From assembly GCF_006345805.1 (NCBI RefSeq), contig NC_043008.1, positions 29,884,001-29,948,000 on the forward strand: DNA of 64,000 bases, given 5' to 3'. Shown here piece by piece: positions 1 through 14,439 of the stretch. Under the pieces are notes generated by a model. The model did not search any database, was not told the DNA's origin, and worked only from the letters and a program-made list of their open reading frames with translations. Position 1 is the first letter of the stretch. Every line of letters begins with the position of its first letter. The position numbers and the translations under genes are program-made. Source of the stretch: Octopus sinensis. Taxonomy: Eukaryota.

Positions 1-1158
1 ATCTTTCTTCCTGTTCTGGATCTTACATCATTTCCACATATTAGTTCATTTAATATTGATATTTCCCCTCTCATAAATTCAATCTCTTTTTCAATTTTAC
101 TTCTCCAGGTTTGATTTCTTCCCAGGTTTTGTTTTCTTTGTTTTTTCGGGGGCATACAGCTGGTTTCAATTGCCCTAGCAGAAGCGTAAATAATTTCATT
201 TAACTCAGTAAAATCAGGTTTTATTTCTCGTATTATTTCATTTGTTATATAGTTGCCAATTTTGATTTGTTTTTTATTTTGGTTTGTATTTGAGAGTTTA
301 TGAAGTGGTTCTCTATCATTCATACTTGTATGTTTTACAACTTCAAGCGTATTCAGGATTTTCTGCCTCATTTCTGCCATAGACTCTCTGTGTTCTTCAG
401 CAAATGCGAGATCTTCAGTTACTGTTTTTTCGTTTTCCTGGCTATCTTTAACAGGTACAATAGAATTTCTTGTATCTTCAGGCCTTTGCGTACATTGGTC
501 AGATGGCAGTCTTTCAATTAAGCCTCGTGGCGGGCTATACTGTTCATCTGATTATTCATTTCCTTTGTGTCTTATATTTATGTCATTTTCCGTTATGTGC
601 TTGATCGCGCTTATTTCACTGTCTGTGAGTCTGTTATTTCTAGGGATATCCCTCCTCACATTTGCTAATTTGTTCTCGTCCAAATAGGGCCTACTGTCTT
701 GATTCCGTGTTCTCCATGTACTGTAAGAGTTTCCGGTGTGTCTCTCTTGAGATGGCCTACCTAATGCATAGTAATAAGCGTATATTACTTCTTTATACTC
801 TTCTCGGGTCCATTTGTTCCGCTTACATTTTTCTTTCTGTGGTGGTTGTGGTGGTGAACTTGGAGGGCTCGAGTTGGGGGATTTCCCGTTCAAGTGACCA
901 TCCATGTCCGTATTCGGAGAAGAGCTTGTGCCAGTTGATGACTTTTCGATCCCAGGCTGGCTCTTCCCTGGGGGACGCGCTTCCAGATTAACCATAGGAC
1001 AAGCGATTTGGTATACTGATTTAGTTTTCCTTTTAGTTTCCAAAAACATTTTGGTGCTACGATAATGTTATCATTTTTTAGCTTTGATTGGCTCGTGGGG
1101 AGACGGCCATCATTGCCGTTACAATTATAACCGTACCATTATAGCAGCCGTAGTCGGC
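1..1158 (-). mobile_element. 5' portion of an R4/Dong-clade (RLE) non-LTR retrotransposon, continuing past the window start
   Basis: ORF 552-1049 contains KRNKWTREEYKEVIYAYY...YLDENKLANVRRDI. The minus strand at 1-250 reads FTELNEIIYASARAIE...TWRSKIEKEIEFMRGEISILNEL. Both resemble the pre-RT region of R4/Dong ORFs and are homologous to the element at 32.4-34.8 kb. The 5' end abuts a degenerate (TAA/TGA)n tract. Confidence 0.7.
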
Positions 1159-1631
1159 TTATTATTGTTATTATCATCACCATTACCATCACTATCATCA
1201 TTATCACCACCATTACCATCATCATTATCATCATCACCATCACCATCACCATCATCATCATCAATGATATTGTTTTATGTGTAGTCACAGCAGTATCTTA
1301 TTATTATTATTTTTGTTTTTTTTATCATTATCACCATCACAGTAGTGTCTGTCTGTCTCGTTGGCTGGCTTGGTGGTTGGCTGGCTGACTGTCTTCAACA
1401 CCAGAGTTCTTGCCTGTCAAATAATACTTTCTTTGTGTTGGTTGAACTCTTTGAGTGTGTGTGTGTGTGTAGATAGATAGATAGATTATCAGCACTATTA
1501 CTATCATTATTATCATCATCACCATCATCACCATCACCATCAGTGATATTTTTTTTTTTTTTTTTAGGTGGGGTCCTATCGGTCAAAAAAAGTTCAGATG
1601 TTTACTACTATTAGGCTTAAGAAAAATTAAG

Positions 1632-2967
1632 GAAGGGCTGTTCTGTATTGTTTGTGAATAGAGAAGTTGTGTTCGACCAGAGAGAATCTTAGCATTATCA
1701 TTTTTTTTTCCATGTGCGTTTGTGTTATTGCAATAAAAAGTGTTTGTATATTTCCTGTAAGGTAATATTGTGGAGGTTGAGGTTGACTTTTCTAGAGATG
1801 TTTGTATGTCCAGTTAGAAGAACAGGTGTGTTTTTACAATAAAAAGTATATGTTTACATTTATATTTGAATATTCAGGGAGGAAGCAAAGAAAAGTCAGA
1901 TTTTCATAGAAAGTTTTAGGGTTTTGTAAGTCCACAAAAAGAAAAGCGTGATGTTTTTAGAGAGAAGAAAAAAAAAGGATGTTTACAGAGGCAATTGTGG
2001 GTATCAAAGTTTTTAAAGCTGGTCGAATGTATGATTGACTGTAGACATGTACATTTATAAATTTTCTTAACTTATTTTGAAGGGCTGTTCTGTATTATTT
2101 GTGAATAGAGAAGCTGTGTTCGACCAGAGAGAATCTTAGCATCATTATTTTTCCCATGTGCGTTTGTGTTATTGCAATAAAAAGTGTTTGTATATTTCGT
2201 GCAAGGTAATATTGTGGAGGTTGAAGTTGACCCCTCTAGAGATGTTTGTATGTCCTGTTAGAAGAACAGGTGTGTTTTTACAATAAAAAGTATATGTTTA
2301 CATTTATATTTGAATATTCAGGGAGGAAGCAAAGAAAAGTCAGATTTTCATAGAAAGTTTTAGGGTTTTGTAAGTCCACAAAAAGAAAAGCGTGATGTTT
2401 TTAGAGAGAAGAAAAAAAAAGGATGTTTACAGAGGCAATTGTGGGTATCAAAGTTTTTAAAGCTGGTCGAATGTATGATTGACTGTAGACATGTACATTT
2501 ATAAATTTTCTTAACTTATTTTGAAGGGCTGTTCTGTATTATTTGTGAATAGAGAAGCTGTGTTCGACCAGAGAGAATCTTAGCATCATTATTTTTCCCA
2601 TGTGCGTTTGTGTTATTGCAATAAAAAGTGTTTGTATATTTCGTGCAAGGTAATATTGTGGAGGTTGAAGTTGACCCCTCTAGAGATGTTTGTATGTCCT
2701 GTTAGAAGAACAGGTGTGTTTTTGCAATAAAGAGTATATGTTTACATTTATATTTGAATATTCTGGGAGGAAGCAAAGAAAAGTCAGATTTTCATAGAAA
2801 GTTTTAGGGTTTTGCAAGTCCACAAAATGAAAAGCGTGATGTTTTTAGAGAGAAGAAAAAAAAAGGGTGCTTACAGAGGCAGTTGTGGGTATTAAAGTTT
2901 TTAAAGCCGATCGGATGTATGTTTGAAAGCTGCAGATATGTAAATTTGTAAATTTCTTAACCCACTA
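1632..2967. repeat. Tandem triplication of a ~444-447 bp unit
   Basis: The unit start gaagggctgttctgtatt occurs at 1632, 2079 and 2523, and the copies align along their full length. Confidence 0.95.
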
Positions 2968-3143
2968 TGAAGAGAATTTCAAATACTCACGAGGTATTGT
3001 AGATGTTCCAGTCTTTGAGAGTTATTTTTCCCCGTTGCTAAACTGGCCCATATTAGTGTTTCTATGGCTTTCAGCCACCGAACTGTCAGAGCAGTGAGGA
3101 ACACGTCCAGCCGCTGTCAAGGCTGGCGCTCTTCTCTTCTCTC

Positions 3144-3229
3144 TTATTATTATTATTATTATTATTATTAATATTATTTTCATTATTATTATTATTATCA
3201 TTATTATTATTTTATTATTATTATTATTA

Positions 3230-3262
<33 letters not shown>

Positions 3263-3357
3263 TTATTATTATTATCATTATCATTATTATTATTTATTAT
3301 TATTATTATTTATTATTATTATTATTTTATTATTATTATCATTATCATTATTATATT

Positions 3358-3407
<50 letters not shown>

Positions 3408-3408
3408 A
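3144..3408. repeat. (TTA)n microsatellite
   Basis: Directly visible imperfect trinucleotide repeat. Confidence 0.95.
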
Positions 3409-4439
3409 TTTTTGCCTGTCAAAATTATACGTAAATTTTTGAGAAACGTAGCATACTTTTGAAAACATTTATCCATTTAAATATATTTCGATCTGAAATA
3501 AAATGCAGTTTATAATTCAGTGGCCTCTATGATATATATATATATACACATATATCATTATTGATTTATCTAGGTATACCACAGTAAAAGATGAATAGGA
3601 AGTAGCTGTTTTAAGTTTTCACTTAATGTCAATTAGGTAGCTGCAAAGGATGTTTGTGAATGTTGCTGACAATATACATAGGCTTTAAACAACATTTCTC
3701 TATAGCATGTTCAACGGTACGATATTAATTAAAAACAGATAGACTGGGATAAAGTTCATATATATGAAACATAATAATACATAAATTATTACCTATTTCA
3801 TTGAGATAAGGTCAGATAACAAAGCAGTTCCCAACACAACAACAAACAAATAACAGAAATAATCGAAACAGAAAACCCACTGAATTACTATGAACCATGC
3901 AGGGCATATACAAGTTTCTCATAAATATTTCTTTACTCTGTTATAGTTTGCAGGAATTACATTATGCACATGCTGGAGGAACAATTTGAAAGATTTAATG
4001 AAACCAATCGTACCGGCACTTATTCTAATGGCCTATATCCTTGCTGAACTTTCTCCCAATAACAATACATAGTGACAACTACAAACACAGATACGACGTA
4101 CATGCAACATAAATATTTAGGCGGGTACGTGTTTGCGTGCCCGTGTGTTGTGGGGGAGAACAAATGCACAAAACTAGCATAAGGTCCCTAAGACACTTAC
4201 TTAGCAAAAATATGTGCCGGAATATAATATAAAGAAAAGGCATTTTATGAATTAAATTTTGAAGATGTATAATTCTCCATTCCATCGAGGCAAGGAATTC
4301 CTTCGCTGAAGCTTCCGGCACCTCTTCGTTGATGAAGCATTTCAAGCGAAGTAAATGGATCGTAAAAAGTAATAATTCAAGTGACATATATTTCACAACC
4401 CTAACTTGGGTTAGGGACAAGCTTTTGTAACTTGTCAAG

Positions 4440-4993
4440 AAATATAGGCGTTCCGAACACAAAGTGAAGTCCTGCGTATCGCGGAATTATGCAGAGACTA
4501 TTGACTATTGGCTACGAGTTCGTTGTAGACGGTCGAACCAGCGATGCCAACGTGTACCCCAATGAAGTGGATGTATGTCACTGTGCGCCAAAAGTACTCG
4601 GATTAGTTAAGATTAAGCGGCCACTTCTGCAAAAAGATAACGCGAGACCTCATACCGCCTGAGTGTCCCGGAATAAACACCAGAAACGTGAGTCGAACTG
4701 ATGTCGCACCCAGCACATAGACCAGACCTAGATTCCTCGGATTATTATTTATTCCTATGTATGGCTCACGAAGCTTCATCAACCAAGAGAATGTAGAAGG
4801 CTCATTGAAGGAGTCCTTTGCTTTGAAGGACAAGAAATGATATCAGCACAGGATCAAAGAACTGGCAGAAAGGTTGTCTCACGCGGTGCAACACGATGAC
4901 ATTTACTTTCAATTATAGCCTGTTTTTGTTGTGACATAACGTATAAAGTAAATAAGTTACCAAAATATTGCAAAACTTTTGACTCAACACATT
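4440..4993 (+). mobile_element. Mariner (DD34D) transposase 3' fragment with right terminal repeat, decayed
   Basis: Translates to ...GYEFVVDGRT...LLQKDNARPHTA and HPAHRPDLDSSDYY, matching the mariner HDNARPH and HPPYSPDLAPSDY motifs, with stops and frameshifts. It ends in a TIR-like caaaactttttgactcaacaca. Confidence 0.8.
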
Positions 4994-7900
4994 AAAACTC
5001 AAGAATAAAATTATAACTGCATCAACAAATTCATATCAAGGCTGTATTTGAGATTGTGCTTCTATACAGAAAAAGTTACAGACGTCATTAACACGTCACA
5101 GGCATAACGACAAAGAGTATTGTTTCTTCAACAGCACAACACACATTACTCTCCCCCATCTCTCTCTCAGTCTTTCTATGACTCTATCTTTCTCTATCTT
5201 TTTCTCGCTCTCCATCTCTCTCTCTCTCTATGTATCTCTTCTCATTTCCCACTTCCTCTAGCTATGTGTGGTCGCATCCCCAAACCGCAATCCGAAACAT
5301 TTTTGTTCTAATACTTCCACGCAATAATCTAAACCCATGGAACGGCTTACCCAGGAAACTCAATACAACAGGCTTCGACGTGTGGTGCGGGTTGGGGGTA
5401 GGGAACTAATACATATCAACTATAATTCATAAAGATTAAAATAATTAAATGAAGGTATCTGACGCCTCCACTAAAACGTGTATTCCGTAAAGAAAAGATT
5501 GCTAATTTAACTGGAATTTTGTTGAAAACTTTTGACTACAATTGAAATGTGCAAGACTAATAATATCTATTTTGCATACTCATAAACTGGCCCCAACACA
5601 TTTTTAATAATAGTATATACTATCAAGTTTTATAGATCATCCACAACCACTACCGTCATATTCCAGGTAGAAAATTTCTGAGGGCACTTGAAGAAACATA
5701 TAAGAGGACTCGATGAGTTTCGAATTTTCTAAAATCTAAACATATACAGCAATCGGGCTTATATTCGCATTGCGTGGGATAAAAATATTCTGTATTATGA
5801 TATATTATCTGTAATTGCTATTTTCACGGAAATATTTCATTGATTTAACATTGTAATTCTGATTGTCAAGCCTATTTGTTTATTTATACTCATGTTTGTA
5901 TAAATTTTTAAACACTGTATATATTGCATAGATACACACAAGCATGTGTGATGAGAGGGAGAAAAATTCAATGAAAAAACAAGCGAGAGATTGTAGAGTG
6001 ATGAATGCAAACTTGAATAGAATTATGTAAGCTCATGATATTTAGATACTATTTATTATACTGTGATGTAGTTAAATCAAAAATGGAAGGCAAATAGTTT
6101 CAATTCTCTAATCAAAATGTGTGAATCCATATATAAATTGATATTGGGATTCTGTTTTACTAGAAAAGAATTTTGCAATCATATCTATGTAAAGTTGAAA
6201 ATCCAGAATCGATGCTATCACATATGTTATTGAATACATATATGCTCATGATTCAAAAGCGATAGCCTAGAAATAATGCCAAGCAATCTTTCATGCGTTT
6301 CGATGGGATCATTTGGTAACGTTGTAAAAGTAATTTACACTAAAAGAGTTCAACAAATAACATTCGGGAGCTCTTCATGTTAGACGCGCTCCTTTTATTT
6401 GTTCTTTTATGTTTTGCCTTCTCTATTGGTCGTGCGTATCTGAGCAGTTTATGCTGTTTGGAGAGAAAAGTATTAGAACAAATATTTTTTTTCGTTAAAG
6501 GAAAGGGTGTTTGCAAAAGCTGCATTCTACTTTCACTTTCATAGTTTGGGAAAGTGTGAAAGAATATATATTTGTAAATGCATTTCAGCATTACTACCTA
6601 ATTTGTTATTATTGAATATATATTGAATACTTTCTCTGCTATTCATCATTACCGTACTACTATGTGAAGATTTTGTATATTCCTATTAAAGAATTCTTCA
6701 CGAAAATCAATATGAATGACAATAAAGCGAGGACTTTCTCATTTCTTGAAGGATTACTCTTTTGTCATTATATGGTAATTTCATTTACTAGAAATCTTTT
6801 GTTTTGATTTTCATTATGTTTTTGTTCCTGCTGCCGTTGCTATAACAGTTGTTTTTGGTACTGATGTGTTCGCAAAAGATGTATGTCAAACGGTTTACTG
6901 TCTAGTGATCAATACACTTCTCTCTATGTTCGTAGAGTAAGAGACTAATCCACTTACTGTCGAATAAAAAGGTAAAGGCAACAAGAAAAGGAAAAACATT
7001 TCCATTTTTATGATTCCTCCATCACGGCCGTGACACGTTATTTATTTCTGATTGCCAAAATCTTGAAGTGAATTTGCGGGTTTTTAACAAGTAATGTTCA
7101 AAAATTGATTAGCTATATTCATAATATTTTAAGATGTTAATGTTTTGGATTACCCTGGTGATATTAGTTATGCTCACTCATGAGATATTAGAAAAGAAGT
7201 GATTTAGTAATACCTAACTTTTTATGGTATGTAGCTTGAATTGAGATTCTTCTGTATATGTTTTCGTGACACAAATTCTACGTGTCACATATAGATTACA
7301 TGAGATGGTATTGCAAGTACTCTGTAAAGATTAGTCCTAGCAAAATCTATCCTTCACACGGTCGGTATAACGGCAACAGGAAGTTAATACTTCTGTTTGC
7401 ATTCAGTTTTACTCATTTACCTTCAACACAAAGCATTCATTGTTGTTTCACCTGTATTATGTTGTGAAGTATATTCGAGATTGTATCAATAAAAATATGC
7501 AAGCAGAATTCGATAGAATATGTAACACTAACTAATGCAGCTTGCTTCATTCGTCGGTTATCTTTAACTATGAATGTGGTTGAGTTAAATGATGCCACCA
7601 ATGTGCTATGGTTAACTGCTTAACATTATTCATAACTAAATGTGATGCACTTTTATTTGAAGTCGTACAATAAAATATAGCAATATAAAGTTATATGTCG
7701 CATTTATTGTTTGTATGAGGGGTTATTTCAGGAACGTATCACTTCTAATTGTGTTATTGTCTTAATTTTATGTTTAAATGTGTGTTGCATTTTACATTCC
7801 TAAACCAAATCAGTTCAGATTAGTGATGGAAGAAAATTATCTGCATTTCATTGGAAATATCATATATTTTCGCTTTGCAACAAAGTAGTGTACATCCACC

Positions 7901-8699
7901 TTTAACATATCGAATACACTACATTGCAAAGAAAATGGATTTAATAATTGAAATTTTATTTTATATTGATTTCTCCAGACTAATATTTAAATGATACATC
8001 AATATACTTTAAGTGGGAGTTGTTTAAAAATGTAATACAAATGAGTCCCCTAACCGTAATGCTGAAAATATTTTTGTTATACGCATTAGTAAAGAATAAT
8101 TTTGGACATATTTTCACTCTTCTTTCAGACTGACGATATATGTTGTGGTTAAGTTTGATTAATGGAAGAATTAATCAATTTCAAAAAGAATTCGTTGCGA
8201 CATTTGTTTTTATTCGCCACATTTTTCGAAGGTAAATATTAAATCATAATGTAGTCATAACTCCGGGTAGCCGATATTGTTTAAATATAAATTATCTTAC
8301 TTTCAATAATGCTATTTCAGCTTAATGTGTGTCTTTTCTTTCTTCTTTTCCTTTTTTTTGTTCGTTGTGATGATGTGACACAGTTTAATACTTAAAAACG
8401 TAACGATAGAAATAAAATAGTAACCAATTCTTTATATTCAAAACGTTGATGTCAGTTCACTATCCCAACTGACTTTAGCGTATCCCACGAATTTACACGT
8501 TTCATCCTTACGTCTTTTCGATAAAGTTTTAAAAGAAAAGGATCAAATTAAAGCTTACATTAGCAAGTGTAAATTCATTAAGTAAATCACTGAATATGTT
8601 GTTTAAACTCAGGTTCACCTTAATTGCTTAATTTATCTCATTTTTACAGGATGGTTCAAAAGAAAGGTGTAATATACTAGGCCATCGCGTGTCTTTCTA

Positions 8700-9491
8700 G
8701 ATTGGTGAAATTGGTGTTGAACGTTGTCCTAGAACAGTTGTAATATATCAGCTGCAGGTAAAACTGGGGTTGTGAGGATATATTCCGATTAGCCCAGATT
8801 TAATGAAGAAAAATTAGGCGTAGAGATCTTTGTGGGGTCAAGGATGTTCGGATTATCGTTGGTGAACTTTAGGGAGGAAATTCGATGGAAGTGGAAATGT
8901 CTGCATGTGGGTGTCAATATATGAAATGTAAATTCTAGAGTGTCAGTCGACAAGAGACTGGAACCTTTCTGCGAAGGCTTTATCAGTTCAGTAGATTTTT
9001 ATTGGATGTGTTACTGTATGTGTCCGCGCAATTTCACAGAATAAGCAATAGGCCTCAGCTGCGTTTTGTAGAATTTCATTAATCATTTATGGATGAAATA
9101 CCTTCTGGCTTTGAAAAGAAGTGCGACTTTATTGATGCTTTCATATCTGTATAAAGAATTTATTTTTAAAATCTGAGATTGTCCTTGTAATAATATTAAA
9201 TATTTGAAGTGATTCTGAAGGTGTTTTTCTTGTCTACTGACCATAATTATTTTGAAGAATAAAGCCTTGAGGGTTTCTTGATGTGAGTAGCATTAACATT
9301 TCCTTTCTTTACCAAGCTGCATGTTTAGCTTAGTACTTTTAGATAATAATTCCGACGCCTATCTTCGTGGAATATGTATTGTTTTGGCGTATGGTATACG
9401 AATTTGGTAGACAATGCTTTCCAGAAACTATACTTGCAGCTGATATATTACAACAGTTCTGGAACAACATTCAGCACCTGTTTCACCAATC
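8700..9491. repeat. 57-bp inverted repeat pair (8700-8756 / 9435-9491)
   Basis: The reverse complement of 8700-8756 matches 9435-9491 at 50 of 57 positions, with a 678-bp spacer. Confidence 0.9.
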
Positions 9492-10501
9492 ATTCAAATG
9501 TTCGTTGTTTAACGTGATGATAAATCAATGGTGTGTTGTCAGATGTTTTGAGTAATGGACAGAAGAAGATAAGAGCAATTTAACAAGAATCTGCAACTGT
9601 AGAGTTGGCAGACGGACAGAGCTCATATGCAAGGAATTAGGACCGAGAATTTACACTCGTGATAAGAATGAAAGCTTTGCTGTTGTCGAAGTGAAAAAAC
9701 TTCTTTTGTCAAATCTGTCCAAGAAACGCTTCTGGTAGATTTCAATACGAAAAGTAAACCATTTTTAAACCAGGATTAGGGAGAAACTCTTACTGATGGT
9801 TGTTTTGAGAGAGAAAACATTTGAGGGCTCCAAGGTACTGCAGTATATTCTTGTTAATGTCTGTCGCCAGTGACTCAGGAATATTACAAAAAGCATTTCT
9901 ATAAACATAGCGTACCATAAATGTTTTACAAGTGTAACATTTTCAATTACCACTAATGTTAGAAAATGTTTCCTATTATAATAGTTACAATATTTTCAAT
10001 ATCTTCAGCACATATTCATGTTATCATATATTATAATCAAAGAATAGCGTCGATGTACTAACCACGTGTAGTCTATAAAGCAAGTACTGGGAAAAGAAAG
10101 CCAAGATCATGTGCACGATACTTACTGAAATATGGGATGCCAGTGCAATACAAGCTTCCATTATTCATAATCATGATCACCTATTGCTAGATATAACCGG
10201 TAATTACCAATATATACAGCACTTCAATCTTCAATACATATTTGTATTTTAGAAATTGCCTTCTGCGACAAACGCAAAGGCCACATACACAAAGTAACAG
10301 ATCTGAGCATTCGATGAAATATCTGTGTATCACAGTGAGTTTTCGTTTAAATGTGCTATCATTTCATGTTTTTTTTTATAATACTCATTAACAAATAAAT
10401 TCTGTATGATAAATTATTTGATAACAATAGCTGATGCTTAAGGGACACGTATATATACGTATATCTTTTTGAGTGTGTGTACGTGTTACATGTTTTTATA
10501 A

Positions 10502-10544
<43 letters not shown>

Positions 10545-13500
10545 CGCTTTCGTGCACTCTAGTGGAGTCGTCAGATGAATGTATCGATGGTTTCTTGCAG
10601 CAATTGTTCTTAGGCCCAACGTATTGCATCACTAATCTATGAGGACGTTAATGAAATTATCCTGTGTTGTGCAGATTTCTGATCGTTTGTCTGCAAAGCT
10701 ATAGAATGTACTGAATTGTTTGAATGTACTGATTTACATCCTTTTTCAATGTAACCATTTAAAACTAAATAAGTCTGTGCAGATTCCATTTAAAAATGTC
10801 AATTAGAATTTGTTCATCACTACTCCTAATGTGACACACAGTTATATGAAACTCGGTAAAATGGTTCTCCGAAATTAACGTTAACTACGCATCTTTGGCT
10901 ATACCTATATGTTTATAATTTTTTGATCGGCATTTTTTGTGCAACTGCTTTGGAATTTATTGAAAAATATAGTTACTTTCATGACTTTCTAACGTCTTTC
11001 AAATAATAATCGATAGTGTGGTTATCGCTTTCGTTCGACAGATGCTTACATTTTTCTCTCGTTTACCCTAACATTTCTCAATATTACAACTAGCAATATT
11101 GTAACGATTTCCAATTAGTTAAAGAATAAACACTATGTATGATACGTCTAGTTTCAGTACGATATACTCGTTATCTTTTCTTTAATGTTGATGAACTAAC
11201 TAAACAGGTAACATAGTAATGGAAGCATTTTATTCGTTTCTCGTGATCTAGTTTACAATTTTAATTTGCATGGCTTTCACTTTCTGTTTCCTCTGCCTAT
11301 TTTTGATGTAATGTAACATTGCCTGAATCAAATCTATTGATAGCTGCATTTCCAAATCTGCTCATGTATTCGATATGCTTACTAATTGGCTGCAATATTT
11401 TAGCTTAGTTAGGTTAGATACTGTCTCTAATTAAATTCGGAAGGTACAATTCTTCGTTGCTTCTGATAGAAATAGATTTGTAACATGAAACGTCTGTGCT
11501 TTTTTATTTGTTTTCCTATATAAATACATTTAACTACACAGAATTCAGTTTTTCTGATTTCATTTGCCAAAATATGTTTAAGAATTCTGTTCACTACTGG
11601 CAGACATGAACTATCTGAATAAATATTGCATTCTTGAAATGTTGTGCAGATTTTCATAGGTTACTAGAATATAATCATATATTTTCTTAGGAAATATAAA
11701 GTGAAAGAACATCGCAATTGAAAATATACATCATATATATACATCATATATACATCATATATATTATTCCTTGCATTCACGTGCATATGCACGTATAGAC
11801 TCAGAAACATATGAGCAAATATTTTAAAATTTAATTCTTATTACTATTTTGCGCCTGGGGTTAATCAGTAACATTTTCGTTTGTAATTAGTAGCAGATTT
11901 TAGCAATGTAGATACATTACTCATTAAACCATTTTTTATTCATAATTTTCCAAAGGTTACATGAGAATTGTATAAATCCTGGCATGAAGCATGACAAAAA
12001 AAGCTTCTATTATCTCGTTCAATAAGTACCTAAATATTGCAGTAAGCTCTTCCTTAAACTTGAAACTACATCCTACCGTTATACAAAGGGAGATATGTTT
12101 TCTTAATATTTGATAATGCCTGGAAAAAATACGCAATGTTGAGCGGGGAATGACAACTGAAGCAACCATAACAAACTGTTTTATTTGGGTCACGAGCTTC
12201 TATCATGCATAATTTCTATCATTCATCTAACATCAATACACAGCGCAATAATAGCATAGTAAAGAAATAACAGTTTGCAATATGTAAAACCTGCGAACTC
12301 TTTCAAAAAATGGCCTTCAGTGCAGCTTAGTGCATATTGCAACTTTTCTGCTACAGAGAAATAACTCAAATACATAGTTTAGTGACAATGGTATTCAGCG
12401 ACTTTTGTTTATTTCTATCATTTATTAATAAAATTCAGTTAGTTTCAATAGTATATCTAAATCTCTGTATGTTCTAAATTATATTTCCTTCGGCACAAAA
12501 GACTGAACCACTAATCTACATTTACTACACTCTGTGGCGGTATTCATCGATAAAATATGGCGTTAAACATTAAGTCGATCGGATAGAAATCTAACTTTGA
12601 ATGCAAAGCCATATCTCCATTCGCCCACCAATTTACTGATGATAACATCCACTGTCCTTGAGAATTTGAAGATATTGACATGTTTCATGAAACATCTGTG
12701 TTAAAAAATGTTTGTAATGAATTCTATTAATTACTTGCTATACAGATCGATTATTCAATGCAGATCGATAAAGAACGAAAACTATCTACGGACATTGTGA
12801 AATATTAATTAAACTATATTGCCTTTCTTCTCTTGAATAAAATGATGCACAGATAAAAGATACTGAATAAAATGATATGAATAGGAATTTTTGCCCTCTG
12901 AAGATTGCTAATCACTGCCTGAATTTACATAAATTTAAATATTTATCGATAATCAAATAATTCATTTTCTCCTCAAACTATTTTCTAGTATATTTATATT
13001 GTAATAGTTTACCTTTTTAATAATATTTTCTGTTGCTTTATATTTCTTAATATTGATTTAAGGGGTTCTATGAAAGGTTAGGCATTCAAAAATTTTATTT
13101 ATGACTATTATTAATCCAAACGATTTACATTGTTATTAAGCATCCATATAGTTCATAGTACCATAGTTTCATTATAAAAATTATCAATGTCAAGGAAACT
13201 TGAAATGAAAATGTTTTTATTTATGTCCGGTTTCTTTTTATATCCAAATACAAGTTTTCCTTTCTTTTTTGTTTTTCAAATACAACACAACACAATATTT
13301 AGAATGAATAACACAAAATACACAAAACTTATATTTCAAACATGGTTTCATATAAAATCACCTACTATTCACAAAAGTAATCAATAATATACACAAAAGG
13401 AATCACAATCTCTACTTCTAAAAAATTGCATTGAATCAAATATGGGTCAGCACCGTTTCTCATATCACGTTTTTATCAAGTTGCAATGGCATGGCACAAT

Positions 13501-14262
13501 TCTGAAGGCTTTTATATTCTTCGTTATTTAACACTTGATACATGTTGCAAGATGTCAACCTAATTCTTGCAAATGAAATCCAAACTGCTTGTACTGCTTT
13601 TGAATTTTTACATTCCCCATTACAACATTAGTTTGAATCTCAACACTGTAGTACCGTTACATTTGTCAGGTATCCCACGAGAGTATAAAAGACATATATA
13701 CAAAGAGAGTAATACATTCACACGGTTTCTTAACTTACCGAGCTCCTAATTCAGATGAGAAATCTCACTTTCTCCCTCCCTCTCTCTCTCTCTCTCTTCT
13801 AATCAGAAGCTAACAGTGAAGTTATTTGACTACAAACATCATGGTTGGGTCTAACACTCAATTTTTAAGGGGTTATTTTTACAGTTTTAACCGTTGATGG
13901 TTAATATACTTTTTCATATCTGTTGGAGGTTTACGGTTTTGTGATAAGCAAGGTGAAATACTGACTGTTGTTGTTCTAAATTGTTCGTCATATAAGATTC
14001 TTTCCACAACGAGTTTTAGGCATATTATATGACCCCCACCATGTATAATCACACAATTTCATCTCTACGTTATAAAACATAAACATCTGATGATGAATGA
14101 ATGATACTGTATATGAATCTTTGCTTCATAGTTCGGTACTTCGTTAGTCACACACGAAGAGATAAACTAATACAGCTCTTATCATTCTATCAATGAACAT
14201 AGAGTTTTGCATATATATTTAACCTCAAACTACACTATAATCTATATACAATAGTACATACA

Positions 14263-14372
<110 letters not shown>

Positions 14373-14439
14373 ATATATTGTTTGTTGAAAACATAAATAC
14401 AAAAATCCGAAGGAAGAAGCACACTCTAAGATGCAGAGC

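Noticed and set aside
1632-2967. Possible satellite, CRISPR-like array or APE endonuclease remnant (FIAITQTH) in the 444-bp unit
   Set aside because: There is no repeat-spacer structure in this eukaryotic context, and the APE resemblance covers one short motif only.
13725-13810. Minus-strand donor (ctcg|GTAAGT) downstream of a (GA)n tract: possible 5' UTR exon; also an AATAAA near 13220
   Set aside because: Isolated short signals are expected by chance in AT-rich DNA, and no linked exon was found.
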